Source of the DNA: Flavobacteriaceae bacterium
GTDB taxonomy: Bacteria > Bacteroidota > Bacteroidia > Flavobacteriales > Flavobacteriaceae
DNA: 64,000 bases
Reading direction: 5' to 3'
Assembly (NCBI GenBank): GCA_002728855.1
Contig: PBWA01000038.1
Location: 2,838 to 66,837 of the forward strand
Under the pieces are notes generated by a model. The model did not search any database. It was not told the DNA's origin and saw only the letters and a program-made list of their open reading frames with translations. Made by a program: the position numbers and the translations under genes. This document shows, piece by piece, positions 58,028 through 64,000 of this stretch; the stretch's first letter is position 1, and the number at the start of each line of letters is the position of its first letter.

Positions 58028-59953
58028 ATGAGTAAAATTATTGGTATTGATTTAGGAACTACAAATTCATGTGTATCTGTAATGGAAGGCAACGAACCTG
58101 TTGTTATTCCCAATTCTGAAGGAAAGCGGACCACCCCATCTGTAATTGCATTTGTCGAAGGTGGAGAAATTAAAGTAGGAGATCCCGCAAAAAGGCAAGC
58201 AGTTACAAACCCAACTAAAACTGTTGCCTCAATTAAGAGGTTTATGGGTAATAAATTTTCAGAGTCAGCAAATGAGGCAAAAAATGTTCCTTATAAGGTT
58301 ATGAAAGGAGACAATGATACTCCGAGAGTTGATATAGATGGAAGATTATATACGCCTCAAGAATTATCCGCCATGGTCCTTCAAAAGATGAAAAAAACTG
58401 CTGAAGATTATTTAGGGACTGATGTTACCTCTGCTGTAATTACTGTTCCAGCTTATTTCAATGATTCTCAAAGGCAAGCTACAAAAGAAGCAGGTGAGAT
58501 TTCAGGACTGAAAGTTGAAAGAATAATAAATGAGCCCACAGCAGCTGCATTAGCCTTTGGTTTGGACAAAGGCTCAACCGATAGAAAAATCGCCGTATAT
58601 GATTTAGGCGGAGGTACTTTTGATATTTCTATTCTAGAGCTTGGAGATGGAGTTTTTGAAGTTTTATCCACTAATGGGGACACACATCTTGGAGGCGATG
58701 ATTTTGATCAAGTAATAATTGATTTTCTTGCTGATGAATTCAAAAAATCTGAAGATATTGACTTAAAAAGTGATCCCATGGCTCTTCAGCGCCTGAAGGA
58801 AGCTGCAGAAAAAGCCAAGATTGAACTCTCTTCTTCGACTCAAACTGAGATTAACTTACCATATATTTCAGCCACATCCAGTGGACCAAAACACCTAGTA
58901 AAGACTTTAACTCGCTCTAAATTTGAGCAATTATCTGATAATCTGGTAAAAAGATCAATGCAACCTGTCCAAAAAGCTCTTGATGATGCGGGATTATCAA
59001 CAAATGATATCAATGAAGTTATTTTGGTGGGAGGTTCAACAAGAATACCAATCATTCAAAATGAAGTTGAAAAATTCTTTTCAAAAAAACCCTCTAAAGG
59101 AGTAAATCCTGACGAAGTTGTTGCAATCGGCGCAGCAATTCAAGGTGGAGTTTTGACAGGAGACGTTAAAGATGTTTTACTTTTAGACGTTACACCTTTG
59201 TCCCTGGGAATTGAGACTATGGGAGCTGTAATGACAAAATTAATAGATGCAAACACTACAATCCCTTCTAAAAAATCACAAATATTCTCAACAGCAGCAG
59301 ACAATCAACCCTCTGTTGAAATTCATGTTTTGCAAGGTGAAAGATCTATGGCTGCTGATAATAAAACTATAGGAAGATTTCATTTAGACGGAATCCCTCC
59401 AGCTCCAAGAGGCACGCCTCAAATCGAAGTAACATTTGATATTGACGCCAATGGAATTATAAAAGTTAGTGCTCAAGATAAAGCAACTGGTAAACAACAA
59501 GATATTAGGATTGAAGCATCTTCAGGATTAACTGAAGAAGAGATTGAAAAAATGAAGAAAGATGCAGAGGCCAATGCAGAGTCTGACAAAAAAGTTAAGG
59601 AGGAAGTTGAAAAGCTAAACAATGCAGACCAGATGATATTTCAAACTGAAAAGCAACTAAAAGAGTTTGGAGAAAAATTATCAGATGACAAAAAGAAGCC
59701 TATTGAAAATGCACTGGATAATTTAAAAAAGGCATATGAATCTAAAGATTTATCAAAAATTGATTCAGCTCTAGAAAAAATTAATGAAGCTTGGAAAAAT
59801 GCTTCAGAGGAAATGTATAAAGCCCAAGCAGATGCATCTGCTCAAGAACCTAATAAAGGAAAGCCAAAATCATCAAAAGGCAGAAAAGAAAATAAAAAAT
59901 CAAAAGATAAAGGAGATGATGTTCAAGATGTTGACTTTGAAGAAGTTAAATAA
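58028..59953 (+). CDS. dnaK: Chaperone DnaK (Hsp70)
   Basis: '[12 protein letters not shown]','DLGGGTFD' and '[10 protein letters not shown]'. Confidence 0.98.
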   Translation: MSKIIGIDLGTTNSCVSVMEGNEPVVIPNSEGKRTTPSVIAFVEGGEIKVGDPAKRQAVTNPTKTVASIKRFMGNKFSESANEAKNVPYKVMKGDNDTPRVDIDGRLYTPQELSAMVLQKMKKTAEDYLGTDVTSAVITVPAYFNDSQRQATKEAGEISGLKVERIINEPTAAALAFGLDKGSTDRKIAVYDLGGGTFDISILELGDGVFEVLSTNGDTHLGGDDFDQVIIDFLADEFKKSEDIDLKSDPMALQRLKEAAEKAKIELSSSTQTEINLPYISATSSGPKHLVKTLTRSKFEQLSDNLVKRSMQPVQKALDDAGLSTNDINEVILVGGSTRIPIIQNEVEKFFSKKPSKGVNPDEVVAIGAAIQGGVLTGDVKDVLLLDVTPLSLGIETMGAVMTKLIDANTTIPSKKSQIFSTAADNQPSVEIHVLQGERSMAADNKTIGRFHLDGIPPAPRGTPQIEVTFDIDANGIIKVSAQDKATGKQQDIRIEASSGLTEEEIEKMKKDAEANAESDKKVKEEVEKLNNADQMIFQTEKQLKEFGEKLSDDKKKPIENALDNLKKAYESKDLSKIDSALEKINEAWKNASEEMYKAQADASAQEPNKGKPKSSKGRKENKKSKDKGDDVQDVDFEEVK

Positions 59954-59975
59954 AAGATAATTATATTATTTTTTT

Positions 59976-60392
59976 ATGGCCAAAGAAGATATCTTGAAGA
60001 TATGTAACCAGATAGCCGACAAGGGTTTACTCAAAACTCTTGGGATAAAATTTGTTGATGTTGGAAGTGATTTTCTCACAGCAAGTATGCCTGTTAATGA
60101 AAAAGTTTATCAACCTGACGGGATTTTACATGGAGGAGCTACAGTCGCATTAGCAGAAACTGTTGGAAGTGCTGCTGTTGCGGTTCTTACCAAAAATCCA
60201 AACCTTATTATAAGGGGAATCGAAATCAATGCAAACCATATTAAATCTGTTAAAAATGGGAATATTATGGCGACAGCAAAGCCAATCCATCTTGGAAAAA
60301 CTATACAGCTATGGGAAATTAGAACAGTCAACGAAAAAAATCAGTTGATTTCAATTAGTAAACTCACAACTTATACTCGCATTAAAAAATAA
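59976..60392 (+). CDS. Hotdog-fold PaaI/YdiI-type acyl-CoA thioesterase
   Basis: 'GILHGGATVALAETVGS' and 138 aa. 22 nt downstream of dnaK. Confidence 0.8.
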   Translation: MAKEDILKICNQIADKGLLKTLGIKFVDVGSDFLTASMPVNEKVYQPDGILHGGATVALAETVGSAAVAVLTKNPNLIIRGIEINANHIKSVKNGNIMATAKPIHLGKTIQLWEIRTVNEKNQLISISKLTTYTRIKK

Positions 60393-60453
60393 TAATTAAT
60401 TATCTTTCATTCACATAGAAAATCATATATATTTGGCGAATTAAAATTCTTAT

Positions 60454-61812
60454 ATGAAAAGTGTTATAATTTGTGACATGGAAGGTGTCATTCAAGAAAT
60501 GAATCAAGGCGCCTTGAGCTTGTTTGGATATAAAAAAGATGAACTTATTGGAAAAAAAAGAGTTTCAATTTTTTCACCTGGCGAGATTGTTATACAAAAC
60601 GTTCTTGGTTGGCTAAACAAAGCAAACAAGTATGGAAAAACCACTGTCCGTACAAAGTTTCTAAAAAAAGATGGTTCTGAATTTAATGCTGAAATTGTCA
60701 TTACACCAAATTTTGCAAATGGAAAAGATAAAGATCAAACAGGTTATTGTGGAATAACAAAAGAAATCAAAGATGATGTAGATATTCCTATAACTTATTT
60801 AACAAAATTTTTTAAAGGAATAGCAATTACAAGAGGCGGATTCACATTAGCTTGTATTTTACCTATGATTGTCGTTTCATGTTTCCTTGCCGTTTCAGGA
60901 AATGTTAGCCTACTTAATTCAATAATTTCTATTTTTGGAGTTGCCTGTTTACATTTATTCTCTAATCTTTATAATGATTATTACGATGTGAGTTATGGCA
61001 CTGATGAAGCTAACTCAGAGTATTTTAATGTGGGGGATAAATCATTGGTCCTCAGAGGTGCTCAAATCTCTGGTGGGAGTAGAGCTATTGAATTAGGTCT
61101 AACAACTCTTTCTAAAACTAAAACTTTAGCAAATATCATGCTAATTTTAGCACTTGTGTCATTAGTGTTTGTATGTATAAACAGTTATATAGTTACATCA
61201 AGTTTAAACAATATATATGGAATGATTATTATTGCTTTAATTGCAATTTTGCTTGGTTATTTTTATACTGCAAAACCTCTCAGATTTTCTGGCAGAAAAG
61301 GTCTTGGTGAGCTTACTATTTTTTTAGCTTTTGGTCCTTTATTAACTCTTGGAAGCGCTTTTGCAATGTCCTCATCATCATATGATTTTTCTGTCGAATC
61401 AATTTCTAATTTCATTTTAATTGGCTGCCCTCTTGGTTTACTAACTACTAACATTTTATTTATTAACCAGTTTCCTGATTACACCTCTGATAAAAAGACA
61501 GGTAAGATTAATCTAGTTGTTTTACTTGGTAAAAAAGCCTCTAGGTGGATATATTTATTTAACACTGTTTTGGTTATTTTACTAACATTTATAGTATCAG
61601 AAACTATTTTTACAGCTATTGATGGATTTAATAAAGATGTTTTTAATATTATTTTGATTTTATTAGCGATTTATGGATTTTATATTTCCTTTGGATTAAT
61701 AAAAAAATTTGATTCGAGAGATCTTATTAAATATAATATTCAGACCATCTATTATCAAATTTTTTTCTGTTTTGCTTTAATTTTGAGTCTTACATTCTTT
61801 ATTAATTTATAG
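60454..61812 (+). CDS. PAS domain fused to a UbiA-superfamily (MenA-like) prenyltransferase
   Basis: aa 1-105 are PAS-like ('CDMEGVIQEMNQGALSLFGYKKDELIGK...KKDGSEFNAEIVITP...GYCGITKEI'). These are followed by 8-9 TM segments with Asp-rich motifs 'NLYNDYYD' and 'FPDYTSDKKTGK'. Confidence 0.8.
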   Translation: MKSVIICDMEGVIQEMNQGALSLFGYKKDELIGKKRVSIFSPGEIVIQNVLGWLNKANKYGKTTVRTKFLKKDGSEFNAEIVITPNFANGKDKDQTGYCGITKEIKDDVDIPITYLTKFFKGIAITRGGFTLACILPMIVVSCFLAVSGNVSLLNSIISIFGVACLHLFSNLYNDYYDVSYGTDEANSEYFNVGDKSLVLRGAQISGGSRAIELGLTTLSKTKTLANIMLILALVSLVFVCINSYIVTSSLNNIYGMIIIALIAILLGYFYTAKPLRFSGRKGLGELTIFLAFGPLLTLGSAFAMSSSSYDFSVESISNFILIGCPLGLLTTNILFINQFPDYTSDKKTGKINLVVLLGKKASRWIYLFNTVLVILLTFIVSETIFTAIDGFNKDVFNIILILLAIYGFYISFGLIKKFDSRDLIKYNIQTIYYQIFFCFALILSLTFFINL

Positions 61813-61816
61813 CATT

Positions 61817-62722
61817 ATGTTTCTTAGTCAAGTTAATTTAAAACCAAAAGACTTTTTAAAGTACTTACTCGGATCATTTCTAATTATCATTTTTAATATA
61901 CTAGGGCAAATACCATTATTTGTTTATTTGATCACCCAAAATATATCAGATCAAGAACTTACCGATCCAACTGATATTTTTTCATTAATTCCGTCTAATA
62001 CTGGATTATTTTTGATGCTTCTTCCATTTGCCATTTCTCTTTTAGGACTCTGGTTCATATTAAAAAAGTTACATCAACAAGACATGAGAATTGTTGCGAC
62101 TTCCAGAAATAGTATTGATTGGAATAGAGTTTTTTTCTCTTTTGCTATATGGGGGTTTCTTTCCTCAACGATTATTTTATCTGGCTACATAATTAGTCCT
62201 GAAGAATATGAGATTAATTTTAAATTAACTCCTTTCATCATTCTTTTATGCATTGGAATTATTTTAATTCCTCTTCAGACCAGTTTTGAAGAATATCTCT
62301 TTAGAGGATATTTAATGCAAGGATTTGCTGGATTATTTAGAAACAAATGGGCTCCACTCTTTATGACATCAATAATTTTTGGATGTTTACATTTAGCTAA
62401 CCCTGAAGTTGATAAATTAGGGTATAATCTTGTCTGGTGGTATATGGGGACAGGATTAGTTTTAGGTATTATGACTCTGATGGACGAAGGAATTGAATTA
62501 GCTTTGGGTGTCCATGCATCAAATAATCTTTTTGCAGCCCTTTTGGTTACTGCCGATTGGACTGTTTTTCAGACTGAATCAATTTTAAAATATACTGGAG
62601 AACCATCACTGTCAAAAGAGTTAATCCTTTCATTTATTATATTTTATCCTCTTTTACTATTTATTTTTTATAAAAAATATAATTGGACTGGTTTTAAATC
62701 AAGATTATTTGGAAAACTTTAA
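61817..62722 (+). CDS. CPBP family intramembrane glutamic endopeptidase
   Basis: 'FEEYLFRGYL','FGCLHLAN' and 'HASNN' motifs in TM context. Confidence 0.8.
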   Translation: MFLSQVNLKPKDFLKYLLGSFLIIIFNILGQIPLFVYLITQNISDQELTDPTDIFSLIPSNTGLFLMLLPFAISLLGLWFILKKLHQQDMRIVATSRNSIDWNRVFFSFAIWGFLSSTIILSGYIISPEEYEINFKLTPFIILLCIGIILIPLQTSFEEYLFRGYLMQGFAGLFRNKWAPLFMTSIIFGCLHLANPEVDKLGYNLVWWYMGTGLVLGIMTLMDEGIELALGVHASNNLFAALLVTADWTVFQTESILKYTGEPSLSKELILSFIIFYPLLLFIFYKKYNWTGFKSRLFGKL

Positions 62723-62723
62723 T

Positions 62724-64000
62724 TTAAACCTGAAGGATACCCATATTGAATTTTTCATTTACTGGTGAATGGTTTGCCATCGTAATTCCCATACTAATCC
62801 ATTTTCTAGTTTCAATTGGGTCAATAATTGCATCTATCCATAATCTTGATGCAGCATATGTTGGGTTCGATTGGTATTCATATTTAGCTTTAATTTTACT
62901 ATGCAATTCCTTTTCAACTTTTGAGCTAATTTTCTTATTGATCTTTTTTAATTTTGATTTTTCCATTTGTAAGATAACTTTTGCAGCTTGATCTCCTCCC
63001 ATAACAGCTTGTTTAGCTCCTGGCCAGGAAACTATTAGTCTTGGATCAAATGCCTTTCCGCACATTGCATAATTTCCAGCGCCAAATGAATTGCCAATTA
63101 TTACAGTAAATTTTGGTACTACAGAATTTGCAACTGCATTAACCATTTTTGCTCCATCCTTAATAATTCCTCCATGTTCAGCATTACTTCCAACCATGAA
63201 TCCAGTAACATCTTGAAGAAATACCATAGGAATTTTTCTTTGGTTACAATTTGCAATAAATCTTGTCGCTTTATCAGCAGAATCACTATAAATAACTCCA
63301 CCGTATTGAATTTCACCCTTTTTATTTTTTACCATTTCTCTCTGGTTATATATAATTCCAACTGCCCAACCATCTATTCTCGCATATCCAGTGATAATTG
63401 TTTTTCCAAAATCTGCTTTATATTGATCAAAAGAATTTTCATCAATTAACCTTTCAATGATTTCAAAGCTGTTATAAGGCTTAGTTTTATCTCTTGGTAA
63501 TATTCCGTAGATTTCATCTACTGACTTTTTAGGTTCCTCTGATTTTATTCTATTAAAACAAGCATTCTGACTTGAACTAATCTTGCTCATTAAAGAGCGA
63601 ATTTTATTTAATGCATCTTTATCATCAGAAGCTTTATGATCGGTTATGCCACTAATCTCACAATGAGTTGAAGCACCACCTAATGTTTCATTATCAATTT
63701 CCTCACCGATTGCGGCTTTAACCAGGTAGCTACCAGCTAAGAAAATACTTGCTGTTTTATTTACAATTATAGATTCATCTGACATTATTGGTAAATAAGC
63801 ACCACCAGCTACACAACTTCCCATTACAGCTGCAATTTGAATAATACCATCACTACTCATTTTAGCGTTATTTCTAAAAATTCTACCAAAATGATATTTA
63901 TCAGGAAAAATTTCATCCTGCATTGGAAGATATACCCCAGCACTATCAACAAGGTAAATGATGGGTATTTTGTTTTCCATTGAGATTTCTTGAGCTCTAA
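62724..64000 (-). CDS. Acyl-CoA carboxylase carboxyltransferase (beta) subunit, methylcrotonoyl/propionyl-CoA type; N-terminus beyond the window end
   Basis: The frame stays open upstream of the track's Met (...RAQEISMENKIPIIYLVDSAGV). 'FLQDVTGFMVG' is present. Confidence 0.9.
   Translation of the reverse strand, partial: RAQEISMENKIPIIYLVDSAGVYLPMQDEIFPDKYHFGRIFRNNAKMSSDGIIQIAAVMGSCVAGGAYLPIMSDESIIVNKTASIFLAGSYLVKAAIGEEIDNETLGGASTHCEISGITDHKASDDKDALNKIRSLMSKISSSQNACFNRIKSEEPKKSVDEIYGILPRDKTKPYNSFEIIERLIDENSFDQYKADFGKTIITGYARIDGWAVGIIYNQREMVKNKKGEIQYGGVIYSDSADKATRFIANCNQRKIPMVFLQDVTGFMVGSNAEHGGIIKDGAKMVNAVANSVVPKFTVIIGNSFGAGNYAMCGKAFDPRLIVSWPGAKQAVMGGDQAAKVILQMEKSKLKKINKKISSKVEKELHSKIKAKYEYQSNPTYAASRLWIDAIIDPIETRKWISMGITMANHSPVNEKFNMGILQV

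Noticed and set aside
1-64000. Scan for CRISPR arrays, IS elements/transposases, integrases, restriction-modification, toxin-antitoxin or other defence modules, rRNA, and FMN/TPP/cobalamin-type riboswitches
   Set aside because: None found. Apart from the regions reported above, intergenic spacers are too short. ribBA has no upstream spacer for an FMN riboswitch. Every long ORF except 15530..16054 and 54837..56408 has a recognisable housekeeping or glycan-related identity.

Overview
AT-rich, very compact chromosomal segment with many 1-20 nt gene overlaps. It looks like a marine Flavobacteriia-type Bacteroidota genome: a T9SS C-terminal sorting domain, TAnnTTTG -7 boxes, ftsK-lolA pairing, and a GNAT-headed arg operon with an argF'-type carbamoyltransferase. 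Left to right: (1) the first 1410 codons of a giant secreted LamG/Ig-like/GLUG surface protein. The ORF track misses it because it runs off the left edge. (2) A CotH lipoprotein and a SusC/D-less beta-glucan cluster (DUF1080, GH3, GH5-CBM6-T9SS, surface lipoprotein). (3) A tRNA-Ser(UGA) locus where 98-bp imperfect direct repeats containing the tRNA 3' end bracket a 1.27-kb integrase-less islet with one orphan ORF. (4) Housekeeping genes: tauE-like, ribBA, lptF/G, lolA, ftsK, nhaC, lpdA. (5) A complete arg operon on the minus strand. (6) tilS, dsbD, and an atypical NRAMP-like gene next to pxpABC. (7) A nitroreductase plus ALDH pair. (8) ilvDBNC convergent with leuA-leuC-leuD-(leuA/cimA paralog)-leuB. 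(9) A conserved hypothetical, an RluA-family synthase, panB, dnaK, a hotdog thioesterase, a PAS-UbiA prenyltransferase fusion, a CPBP protease and a truncated acyl-CoA carboxyltransferase. I found no CRISPR array, rRNA, transposase, integrase, or recognisable defence or toxin genes, and no convincing multi-gene novel system. The most unusual items are the tRNA-Ser islet and its repeats, a structured Arg-codon-rich leader upstream of the arg operon, the NRAMP-like protein lacking all canonical metal ligands, the PAS-UbiA fusion, and the giant GLUG protein. All family calls come from motif recognition by eye; no searches were run.
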